64,000 nucleotides of DNA from Lingula anatina (Eukaryota; Animalia; Brachiopoda). Below, in pieces: positions 1 through 13,100 of the stretch. The DNA is taken from assembly GCA_051362555.1 (NCBI GenBank), contig CM120640.1:47284788-47348787 (forward strand), in the 5' to 3' direction. Within the stretch, counting starts at the first letter, position 1. Each line of letters begins with the position of its first letter. The notes under the pieces were generated by a model, which made no database searches, was not told the origin of the DNA, and was given only the letters and a program-made list of their open reading frames with translations. Made by a program: the position numbers and the translations under genes.

Positions 1-377
1 TTTAAAACTCCATTAATTTGTTGTTGTTGTTGTTATCATGTCACAGAATGGCTTGTGTCATTGTGTTAGAGAAGAAATATTGATTGTGCTATGTAATACA
101 GGAGTGGTGAGCTTCGCTCACATGGCTCGCTTTATTTAAGTTAACAAATTGTGTTGCTGCATCACGTCTTTTAGCGGTTTATTTTCATATTGAATCTACA
201 AATGACCAAAGTCAAACGTTGTCAGCCAACTGTTGTGAATAAATCCATTTGCTCTTCTTCTCCACTCCTACTGTGTCCCTCCAAAGACATTTAGAGGATC
301 TCTTGTGAGGTGTAATAGTAACAAAATCGAATTAAGCCTTAGGGAATTTTGGTGTGATATAATTTTCAGAAACTGAA

Positions 378-453
378 GAGGGGTTCAGGACCCCCTGACC
401 CCCCCCCCCCTTCTAAATCCGCCACTGTTTAAAAAATCCTGGATCTGCTCCTG
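378..453. mobile_element. Remnant ends of a short GC-terminal non-autonomous DNA element (MITE-like)
   Basis: Poly-C followed by TAAATCCGCCACTG and CCTGGATCTGCTCCTG resembles the ends of the element at 60328-60573. Confidence 0.4.
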
Positions 454-1111
454 TTATGTGCTCTCTTGCCTTTCTATGTCTCGAATTAAAAAGCAAATCT
501 GTAGACCTCATGCAAGGAATTAAACAAAAGTAGGGTACATGTACATGTACATATGTACCATAGTAGGCTTACTTGGATCCGTTCCCGCTCTGATTCTGTA
601 ACTTTATTTTAGTGAAAAAAAACTCTACAATTTAATCCAACACATGCAGGTTTATCGTAATGAAATAAAGCAAAATGCCCACATTTTCAAAAAAATTAAA
701 CGCGACGTTCAGGTGAACTGAATGCGGTCGCACACCTGATTGTGCTGCGGGCCACCCAATGCGACAGGCTGTTCTCTCAAACGCTTTCACGCCACAACGT
801 ATGGATATTTACAGTAAAATAACTTTTATGTTTTTTCGTCGTTCTGAAGGAAACAAATTATTACGTATGCTTCTTGGTTTTCTCACTGGTATTTCCGCCT
901 GTAGCTTTTATTATATTTAATAAGGCTTGTTATTTACAAAATCATCACGCTAATATTGTCACCTTCAGAGGGGGGAGGACCGGATACTGTTAGTCTAGCA
1001 CGCGGAGGGCAAAACGAATATCAGTATGGCGACTGGTATAAACTGTCAGGTAGCTGCCCTTGGAGCCGGATTGGTTTCCACTGGAAATAATGTAGAAGCA
1101 GCATAGCAGAC

Positions 1112-4100
1112 ATGCCTTTTATCAAAAGGGCCGTTGACCCGGTCTATCTTAGCCGGCGATCACCTGAAAATGATCAAAATGAGGAGTTATTGTCGGTTTC
1201 GAACTGGACCTTGTCGCAAGCTCTGCGACAGTTAGGGAGTCTTGTTAAACATGCCAACGACATTTTTGCCGATGTGGCACTAGAGTTCCAAGCGATAGGG
1301 AAGAGGACCGAGAGGCTGTCACAGAGGACATCCAACCTGAAGGAGTTGGTCGAGGCTCTGGATCACAAAACTGCGATTGTTCGTAAGTGAAAGAACGTAG
1401 TACAACTCTACTACAACTTCTTACTACATGTCACCAACTGAGGCTGTGGCAATGGTCCGTTCTGTCGTTTCCCTGATTTATGAAAGTATCAATGTAATTT
1501 GAGATCATATTGAGCATTGTAGTTTCTTAGCATTCTAGGGTGGTATTTCAAAGTTAGGTTATCATTCAGAACTCGGTCAGATACACGTTGTTATCAGGGT
1601 ATCGGTGCACTTGACCCGCAAACAACGTTTTGTAAACAAATCTACTCCAATCAATGGGGTGTTCTGACATGCAGTTTAATATGAAAAATATCTCCTCTTT
1701 AGTAACTGAAATGACCTATCACAGTGACCAGACTGAAAACAACTTTTTAGCAGGAATGTTTTGCAGACCACTAAAACATGTAGCTCATTATTTTTTTCTA
1801 TGGCAAAGCATTTGACGACACCTGGGCAAATTTTTAAATCAGTGACATGTGGTGATGTCTTCATGTTGTTTCTTTTGAGAAGGGAAATCATGGGATATAC
1901 ATGTAGTTGTTATTGTAAATTTTACTTATTTCTTCACCTTATCTAACATCTTGCAGATTTAATTCACCGACTTCCCATTGACCACAACAAGCACTGTTGA
2001 AAATGAGTTAACATGTCAAGCCTCTCTGTTTTTAGATTAAATGGACAAGTTGGTCTGTTCAATTAACTACCCAAAGGTTCTCTGTTCTCCTTTTCTTCTA
2101 TATACCAAAGCCATCATTTCTTCACCCTGTCCAAGCCAGCTTTTGTATTTACAATATAGGTATGCCTGCAGTAGCTGTTTCCCATTGTTGTTGAGTATTA
2201 TTTGTTGATTTTGGAAAATTGCGCATGGAGTGGTACAGAGGTAGAGGTCCTATGACAAAAGAAGTACTGCAAGACTAAGTGTGCAATGGGTGTAGTTTAA
2301 AGGTAGGGGGTCAAGGAAATAACCCAATTATGGATTTAAGTGAGAATTAAAACGAATGATTTAGAAAGAAAGTATCAGCGTCAGTCTTTCATTGATTTGT
2401 ACCTTTGTCGGTTCTTGTGAGGTTTGAAAAAGCATATAACTGGTTTCTTCCTCAATCATTTCTACAAGATAAAGTGTACATGTTCTATTGAATTGGGAGA
2501 TTTGATATCAAAATTGGTAAAGTGATCCATATTTTACTATTAACAATTTTGTTGGGACTGTTTGTTCAGCTGAATTTTGGTTATTTAAAAGGAAGAGAAG
2601 TTTAGTCAATGTGTCTCAATTTAGAGGGAATTCCGCTCGCATATTTTTTTTACATTGTGTGCTTACATTGGTTGATTACACATGTGTATGGATTGCTGTG
2701 AATTTAGCATGTACTTAGCAAGCTGTCTGAAGGCAGCACCAGCTGTTTTAGGTTTACTTTTCCATGTCCAGCTGCTGTTAAAAAAGACTTGGGTGGGGAC
2801 AAAGAATGAAATATTATATTTACTTTTATTTGAAATGAGGTTTCAGGTAATTTTGAACTTCTCAGTTTTAACCAGATAGGATTTTCCCCATAGGCTATAT
2901 TTATTTTGATAAAAGGAGTTGTTTGCATACATCAAATTAGATTCCACTTGCCAAATTCTATATTAAGGTGATGTTGTTTTAAATAAGTCAAAGGTACTTG
3001 TAAGGACAAAAAATAGATTTATTTAAAACACGTGTGTCTGGGACATTAATGCAGGTTCTTGATAAAACTCGTTTCACATTCATCAAGTTAAATCATTTTC
3101 TATCTGAATTTAAGATAAAATCATGTAAGTATTGCTAAAGTAATAAAGCAGTAGCTGTGCTGTGGGCTACTGAAATGGTGTTAATTTCTTCCTCCTCCAT
3201 ACTTAAGATACAATACCTTATGATCATAGCTGTATACTTCCTATAATTCCTGGTTATTAAGAGGCCATAAATAACTCTGTCACAAGCCACCCTACAAAAA
3301 CAAAGATGCCTTAGATAAGTTGCTATTGCATGCACCTGACATTATGTAAAACTGCCCGAGTTTGGATTCACTAGCTAACGTTATCCTTACTTTGTTTTGA
3401 CCAATCAGATAAAACAAAAAAATCAATTTTAACAATCAAATTTGACTGATTGGCTAGGTTGTTTATACTTTTGTCATATTTTTTATCCAATATATGTCAA
3501 AAAATTCAATTAATTAAAAATCAGATGGTAATTGTGTTGTACTTGTTATGCTATAAGGCCGTAAATAGAGTTATTAAGGTGGAAAATGAAAGAAGATGCC
3601 TCTGATAATAACCACTGGTGTATCAGGCATGCATAATATTATGCCTAATTACCCCAGTGATTTTTCTTTGATGTTTGCCCCTGGTATCAGCCCAGATTAT
3701 CACTAATGCATACCTTGATTACATCATTGAGTTGTATAGGAAGACTAGTTTGTATTATGAAGTGGGCCTTGTCCTTTGTTTATCTCTGGTAGATATGAAC
3801 ACACGATAGTGGTGTAGACTTAAATCCCCGTGCATTGTAAATGCTTAGTTTCACAGAGTACCTGTACAGGTGATAGAGTTGATGTAGTAGTAGTTATCAG
3901 TGGTGGTGTTGAAAAGATAGCATAAAGGATGTGGACTGTGATGTTACTTCCTACTACCCAAAAATCTAACAGCATTTGTAATCTGTTGTCTATCTTATTA
4001 TGAAAATTTCCTGCTCATAAAAGTTTCTGTAGGAGCTACATTTAATGTTCTTAACTTTCTGTATTCACATAGACATAATGCCTAATCACAAAATTTGTTC

Positions 4101-7100
4101 TTCTTTCTGCTATAAATATAGTGTCTGTCGTGTATGAAGGTATTCAATTTGTTTTCTTTGTCATTGCATTTTATTGCTTGCCCAGACCATACTGTTGAAA
4201 ATCAAATGTAATCCATCTACATTGCCTCATTAGAATAATGGCAGATTATTACCAAAGCAATTAATCTTAATGTGGTTTAACTGCTGTGATGATCACCAGC
4301 ATGGCCCCGGCTACCAAAACATAAGCTCAGTACAATATGGGCATATGGTGATGGGAGGAGAGATGACATCCCAAGGGGTACCATGTCTTTTCTCTTTTGT
4401 TGTCACTTGACAAATTGAGGCTGTCTCTAAAGGGGACATTGCACTGTCTAGCTACAAAAAAAGAAAAAAAGGCTGCACTGATTTCCCTTTTTTTAATTGA
4501 AGTTTTGTCTGTAAGCCATTAATTATTTTGAGTTATACTCCCACAGCATCAGATCTGTACCATTTGGATTTGTGATGTGTAGGTTTTTTCACTTATAATA
4601 CAGGTTTCCTCTTCATGCTTTGACATTACTTTAAAATGAGCATCTGGTGCCAGCTGGCAGAGTTGGTGTCAGGGCTTTCTCAGGGATATAGAATTTTTTC
4701 ATAATTATATTCAGCTTGATTGGACAGAGGAGTAGCTCAATGTGACATGAAGTCTCCTGACTAAGTGCAAAATTGCTGAAAAGTATTAATTAGAGAAGGT
4801 GCAATCTGCTCATTTTTTCAGCTTCAGAAAGCACTTGAAGACTTTAAGGGGAAATTGTCTTTATTTTGCCACAGTTGAAAAACAAAAAAGCCAGTTGTTT
4901 TTACTTAAAAGTTATGATTTGAACTCAGGGAAGCACCATTAAGCCTTTATTTATCAGTTGTGAATTTGTCTCGTATTGCACAGCTAATTGTTAATAAAGG
5001 TCATGTTTCATTTTTACTTAAATGTTCTTAATAAAGATTTCAGTTGGTGATCTCACATAAATAAAGATGTTCATTCATAAGTAGTGAAGTGACATTTGAA
5101 CTGAAATATCTTGCCCCCCCTGTACTAAGGTTATGTTCATTCATAAGAAATAAAAGCAGTCATCCATTTTATTTGTTTATGGGGTTTTCATTCATTAAAA
5201 GTGAATAACATTATGAACTTTTTTTGCACTAAAAGCTCCTAATGAGTTGTTTTCTACTACTGCCCCAGCAAGGTGACAGAGATGTCCATTCATGCTTATT
5301 GTATGACATTTGAACTGAGAACAAGCAGGCTTGTTTTGACACTATCGACCAGTTCTAGCAGATCATGCTGTGTTGATTCAATGTGAGCAGATATGGAGTA
5401 ATTAGGCTGCTTTCATTACCTGCAGACATGGCTAATAGTGGATAATAAATCAATCACCTGTGTTATTAATATAAGCAGTGCCCGAAGATGCCATTAATAT
5501 ATGGAATCCTGTGGGAGTTAAAGGGGGGGGGGGCACTTTTTGTGGGGGTATCAGTATAGGGTCAGGATTTAGTGTCATTCTAAGTAAATTTTCCAGAGAG
5601 CCCAAGGTTTGCCCTGGGTGGTTCTTGTGGGCATGGGGCAAACAGTAATGGGTGTTGATTTTGGTGTGGGGCAGGCAGTGTATGGATGTTCATATGGGTG
5701 TGGGTCAGACAGTGGTTGGTGTTCTTGTGGGTTTTACACTTTTTACTATGTTTGTTAGATGAATACATGCACAGATTCATTTGACTCACAAGGTTCATTA
5801 CATTTCTCATAGTGTGAGAAAGTTTCAGAAACCAAGGAAACACAAAAACTGTTGTTGAAATCTTTGAATTGCTCTAGAACAAAGTGCGCTCTTAGTTACT
5901 GTCACCAGAAACAACATGTAAATACATGTTTATAAAACAAAGTAATCTGATATATGCTGTTCCTTAAAAGAATACACACAAAATCTACTGTAAATGGAGT
6001 GCAGATGTCTCTCTTTTTTTCACTGTCTCAGTTTAATTTTGCCAGTAAGCATATGATTTAATAGTTCAAATAAGTGCCAGAGATATATATGCCAAAAAAG
6101 TCCATAAAAATATTTGAATTAGTTGGAATCTTACTGAGAAAAATTTTACATACTAGTATTAAGATTTAGACCCAGTTTAATGTGTTCATGTCAAGTAGCA
6201 ACCATCACTCTAGTACATGTTGCTGGAGGACTGAGCCTTTCAAAAATTGTGACAACTGCAGAAATTATTTGAAAAATTTCGCTCCATGGCCCAGTGGGAG
6301 AATTCAACTTTTGCCTGACATGTGTATGGATGCCTGTGTGCCAGTCTTTTGAAGCTTATGGGAGTTTTGAAACGATAATAACAGAAAATTACTTCAGTAC
6401 CAGTTACGCAGTTTCTAGCAATACCCAAGACCCTCTGTGAAAGACCTTGGGTTATATACATATGTACTTAGACCAAACTGGCTTGACATTTTCCATTAGG
6501 GATGAGAGCATTACTTCTAATGAACTAAACTGCAATATGTTCCTGTTTTGTCTCATTGTAAAAAAAACACTCCTCTATTTGTATATTAAAACTAAATGCT
6601 CCAGAAATGTGCCTTTTTTCAGCAGAGTGTCAATTACAGGGCCATTCTTCAAGTGGTTAAAAACTTGCTTATTGAGTCAGGTCTTTTCTGCCACTGACAA
6701 AGGCAGGTTGAATGGGTGCTTAATGCAACAGAAGCCAGAGGCTTTTTGCTTTAACACCTCAGTGAGTCCAATTAAGGTGCAAGCAGTCGGACAAAAAGTG
6801 ACTGTTTTTGAAGAACCGATGTGTTTTATGCTAATGTGTGTTTTAGAGGAGAAAGACTGTTTGCTTTGAAAATTTTTACTGCAGCATGCATTCAGTCATG
6901 GCAGGACAGAGACAATGAATTCTGTTTTCTAAACTAAATGAAAATCACCTCGTAAAGTTTGCACTACTTTTATATCATGTTATGTTTTTGTATTTTTACG
7001 AGAAAGATTTGGAAGATGTGGCATTGCACATTGCTTGAAATAAAACTCATAAAGTTTGCACTACTTTCATAGCATGTTATGTTTTTGTAATTTCACGTTA

Positions 7101-10100
7101 AAGATCTAGGAGATGTGGTATTGGATATTGCATGTAATAAACAACTGACCAGTGCATTCTGAGCAGTATGTTGCAGTTTTGAGATAGTTCATTTCAGTTG
7201 TCATGTGCGACCTCTATTTTAACACCTTTTAATATGATAGATTACTGAACATCTCACCTATCTGTTTTACACTCCAGGACCCACAACACAATAATGAATA
7301 ATTACCTACCAAATTACTTAATTATAGTAGGTCTCAACACCTGTGTTTAAGAAGTAGTAAACAATTCATTTAATTGGTCTAACACATGATGTCAGACATG
7401 TGGATGCCACATTCTTGTAGAATGCAGTTTGGCCACAATGTGATGCATATTTCCATAATGATTTCATTTTTCAGCTGTTTTGCCTCTTTAGCTAGGAAAA
7501 AAGGAAAAAAGAAAAAAAGGAAAAGATGTTGCTTAAAAACTAAAACTGCAACCTGTGCTGATGAATTTGTGTGTGTTTTTTACCTTTACATATCTTGAAA
7601 CTACAGCTTTACTGAATTCTTGGTACTGACAGATAGGGGATGATATCATGACAGGTTTTATTAATAATTTATCTCCTGGATATTATGTGTCCTCTTGTAA
7701 TCTTTTAAAGAAAAGGTGGGTATTTGAATATGACTAGATTAAGCAACTTGAACATGCAGTAATGACTCCGTAGACTGGTGAAGCCCTAGAGAGATTTTTT
7801 TCTTTTAGTCTTCTATTGACTGTGGATTCCCAAGCACCTGTCAAATCCCTCTGATGACATTGTATCACCTCCAGGGCAGGTGGTACAGGTACGCTGACCT
7901 TTGGCCATATGTAAAAGTGACCAGCCTGACCATTCTGTAAAAACATTAACACACAAGGATACACCATGGCTAAATAGTTAAACAAACTAGATCAAAAGAA
8001 CTTGCATGTTATCTTAGACTCTTGCCCATGTTGTGTAAAGTTGTGAAACTAAACACCTGAAACATTTCAATGTTTTCTGTTGCAACATGGTCTATGTTGA
8101 TGTTTAAATGCATAGCTGTATTTCTTGGACATTTGAGTGTACTCATTTGGTGAGCACAATGTGGACTTAAGTTAACATACTGCACATTACTCAATACTTA
8201 ACTTCCCCTGCCATTTTTTATCCCCCCCCCCCCCCCCCCAAGATCACTTTAAAATTGGCAATCCAATGTCAGATTTAAAGGAAAATTAGTGTTCAGTTTT
8301 TAGACAGTTGAGACCGAAACTCTTCCAAATCAAGTCTCGAGTTGAATTCCCCTTTACATCGCTACAAAAGTATTTCTAGACTGCTGTTGATATTACTGAA
8401 AACTGTCTGAATCACACCATACTGTTATGTTTTTCTGACAGTTTTGTATGTAGGAGTAACATTTATTTTAAGTCATACATGATATCAAGATGACATGAAG
8501 TATGCATGCAATGGTATCTCTTTAAAATGCTGGGATATATATTGTAAAATATCCCAATCTTTTAAGGCAGTGGACAAAAGAAAGAATTATTCATTTGAGG
8601 TTGAATTACTTTTCATGTCATAATTACATGTGCTTGTTTGAGATCAGATGATACTCATTTTAAACAATTTATACGGTAAACAGGTTTTATGTCCTCCAAG
8701 CCTTAGTTTTTCGGTTTATCATTTCACCCTCCTCAGAACTGCTATATACCTGAAGATCTCTAACTTAAAGGTGAAAGCTTCACCTCTTCAGTATGTCAGG
8801 TGTCTAATTTGGTCTGGCCCTGCGGGGGAGAAAGAACAAAGGCCTAGGTAAGCTATAATACTATCCGAGGGCTTAATGGATCACTGAGCTCAGCAAGGAG
8901 ACAATATTGGGGATAATTCCCACTTTTATGTTCATAACTGTACACTGGAAGACAGTTTCTTGAGTTACAATGAGAAATAGTAATCTTGTTTTGTTACCAT
9001 GTTTAAATGCTGGTCAGAAAAGATGGAGGTTAAGCTGGGGTATAAAAGACATATTGTGCTGAGGATAGTTTAAAAAAAAAAGGTTTTAGTAAGATGTTAG
9101 CATGAAAAGAATTAAATTGGGAAAGACTTATGAAGTAGCGTGAAAGTGTTTCATAATTCGAAAGATTTTGATGTGATAGTTTGAAATTGTAATCCGAAAA
9201 TGATAAGAAAAAGTGGGATTTAATTCCATCAAGACGTTCAGCTGGATAAGTTGTGTGAGAAACTTGGTTCAAGTTTTATAAACTTTTTTTTAGATAAAAG
9301 ACTTTTATAGCCATATTTATCATAATGTGTTAAAGATACTGCTTTAGATCTTTTTATAGGTACATTCATCTGCGTATAAATGTTTATGGTGATTAAGTGG
9401 ACCCTTTTTCATCTTCTTTACATTCAGTAAATTCTGTTCTTGCCTCGTAGAAGCAGGAAGCATAAACAGATACGACAAGAATGTTGTGGCAGCTACAAAT
9501 TCAGTGGCAGGTGGGGAAAGGCATGATGCCGCATAAATCTTAAAATTGAACAGACCACTTTTTAATATACTGGCTGAACATGATTATTTTGAAGAACATA
9601 AAAGGGTTTTTGTGGTTGACCCATAATTGTTTGGTACAACTTTTATAGAATATTAGCAATAAATTTTGTTGTTGTTTTTTATATGAGTTTCTTTGCATAC
9701 TATACTCTGAATGGACTTGATTCCATATTCAACTGGATTAAGATAGGGTTAGGAGTACAAAGTTGAAATTTCAGTAACTTCATGGAAAACATTACCTAGT
9801 AAGATTTGTAAATGTAGTAAAATTTGCACCATAATTTGTATATTTATTCCACTATTTAATAATATGAATAGTCTCTTTTTTAATTTAGCCACATATTAAT
9901 TCAAAGGATGGATTTTGTGTGGTTACTTTTATTTGCTTGTAATATCAATAACAAGTCTAGGGCAGAGAAAGAAAAATATTGAATCTTGCCTGTTGATGTA
10001 CACATTCATCAGTTTGAACAGTCCAGTTTTAATGGGCTTAGTGTCATTTCTACTAGTGTGTGGAAGGGTAAAATTCATTGGTTTCTGCAATGAGCAGGAG

Positions 10101-13100
10101 CTGTTCTGAACACCAACAATGGCTATGAAAGGGAAAGAAAAGATAATGAACATCGCATGTTAGCTTTGTATACATATTATGAGCAAGTGAGAGGGGACCT
10201 CTTCCTGTTATTGATTTGACAGACATATATGGAACAAAGAATCAAACCCCAACTTTAACAGTTTGCCCAGTAGTACAGGTGGGCCTTTCTCGTCTTTTCC
10301 CTGTCTGCGGTGACTGTTGATTTAGTATTGACCTGTTGATTTTTACCTGAAGTGCTAATGCTAATCATGAAAGAAATTGTTGACTAGGTAGACAAACTTG
10401 TGGTTACTTCGGTGGTTTGTTCAATTTCAATTATTAATTCTAGAAATAAAAAGAAGGGCCCCTTATTATATCTTTCACCACCCACACCCTTTGACAAGGC
10501 AGCTAACAACAAAAACAACAGAATAAAGACCATTCTGCTGATCTTGGTCATGCTGCTGTTCAATATTTCAATTTTATTGATATATTTTCTGCCTCTGATA
10601 GTTATTCCTCACCTACAGTGTACTAATAAGAACATTAAAGAATAAAATCAATTAGCAACCTGGTCCCCACCCTTTCACACATAACCCCACCCACACATGA
10701 CCCCACCATACCAACCAGACTGTATGACTTCATTTATATCCACAAATGGAACTTAATTCAAAAGTTTCAAAAGTGTTCCCCCACAAGCACTGTTGACATG
10801 GCCAGATTAACCCAGCTAGTAGGGAGGGATTAGGCATCTCAGCTTTCATCCATTTCAACCATTGCTTTATATTCCATAGCCAATGTACAGTATTGCAATA
10901 TTCATAGAGCATTTTGTGTTTGTTACATGTTAACATAAAGGTGGGTTTTCTTTTTCCTGCCTATTGGGTTCTGCTGCTTGACCTGCCAATGGGCTTACTT
11001 TAGTTGACAGGTGTAACCTCTTCAGTACAAGGACTGTGTGGTGTATACAACATTGTGTCCATCTAGCACTGGAATTATTATGTATTTATTTTTCTGTGGA
11101 ATTTTATTAACTGCTATGAAAGATTGTTTAAACAGCCACATATGTGCTTAATTACACAATGACTATTTAAGTCCTGGCAATGTGAAAAAAGGGGATGCCA
11201 AAAGTCTTTGAAAGAGACTTTGCCTTAAGTGTGTAGGAAGATATGCATATAAAAAGATTTAAAGTTCCTCAACAAGATATGAAAATATTGTTATCAGTAG
11301 AAAAATCTAACTTTGTCATGCTGTATCTTTATATCTATAGTTACGGGTATTCCCATATAGTATATTATACATACTATATCTATGTTGACATCCGCTTACA
11401 GTATATGCTGGTTCTTGGAAATATGAAGGCAGCAGACATAGGTGTGTGCATATGAATAATTCTATGTGAAAAGGAAGAAAAAACTAGATTATTTACGAGG
11501 CAGTCTGCAACTGTTGCAGTGCACTTGGTAGTTTTAAAGATATGTCTAAAATGTCATATCAAATGAAAGAAATGTGCTGCTGTGAAATTAATATATGAAA
11601 ACCTGCAAGAAATTGAAAACATATATTGTGAAGGGAAGCTTTAAAACCACCCAGGAAGCTGGGGTGTTAATAACTGTTACCTGCTTCAAGATAGATGGAT
11701 GGAAATCATTCACTGATGTGCTGTAAAATGTGTCATTTTTATTAGATAACCCACCTATTATTATGAACATGTGGCAGTATTTTGAAAGAAAAGATAAATA
11801 AAAATAATTTTAGACATGTCCACCAGCTACATTAAATATGTAGAAATGAAGTTGTGATGCAATTTATCTTTGTCTGTCACTATTTGTTTTATGTTACTTT
11901 GTTGTACTAAAAATTCATGGTGTAATTTAGGCTAAAGAAGTATCAATGCAAAGGCTTATTTAGGCTGATAAGTCTAAATATTTATGGTATGGAAAATTCT
12001 TCAGAAGAGAGAGAGAGGGGTGGGGGTGGTTGACATTGATATGATCAAGTTGTAGCAAAGTTACTTTTCTATGGTTATATAGCCTAGGTAATAGAACCTC
12101 TTTTTTGTAAGGAATGATAGTAAATATTACCATAATTTAGTGATTATAGGTGTGCACCTTAAATTACAGGGAGACTTAGCCCAAAGGTGCACAATTTTTT
12201 TACCCTTTCTCAATAGTAAGGAGATAATGGGTAAGGTTTGGTGTGGATAATAAAAACCATCTTCACCTGAAGGAGATTTTTTGTGCTTTTTTGTATTTGT
12301 TGTATAGAATAGTTCAGGTGAAATAAATGATCTGGTTCATAAAATTTGTAATAAAGTTGCTGGTGATGAATTATTTGCTACAGATAGACATATGAGCAAC
12401 ATAGGCAAATTTGGAAGAGTGGTTAAAATATTTTATAGAATTCCACTTGATTATTTACTTAAGACTATACAACCAGCTGTTAAATAAAATTTGTTGACCA
12501 CTCTTTAGCAAGAAACTGTTGACATAGACTGAGGTTGAGAATTAAAATGAAATAACACCTAGTTCAAGGGTTTAGAAAGTGCAAGATATAGTTGAGCAGG
12601 TACACATAGTTGATCATGATCAGTAAGCTGTGAAAACTGCTGTAAAATAAAGGGCACAACAAGTTCAAATAATGTGCATATAATAACTGAACTATGAACC
12701 AGGGGTGAAGTATGTGCCCTTTGGGTTGGAGAGTTCATGCAATTTGTCTGTTTTCTTGATCCCTGAAATATGAAATTTTGATGAGGAAGATAACAGTAGA
12801 ATAGGCCGGATTTCTTGATAAAGTCAAGCATGAAAATTGACACTGCCTCTATTCAGGTAGAGATTTATGAAAACACCATGCTATCATTATCTTTAATTTA
12901 TATCAGTAGGCCAATGAGTCATAAATTGGATGGTTTGAAAGGAAAATATGATAGTTTGAGGTTAAAACACCCTATCATAAAGGATTGAGTGTTGTATTTT
13001 CTAGAAATTATGACAATTTGGAGTAGAAATTTATCAAAACGGACAATATGCTTTTTTATGTACAGACACAGATGTGTCTGTACATATAGCCATCATCTGC

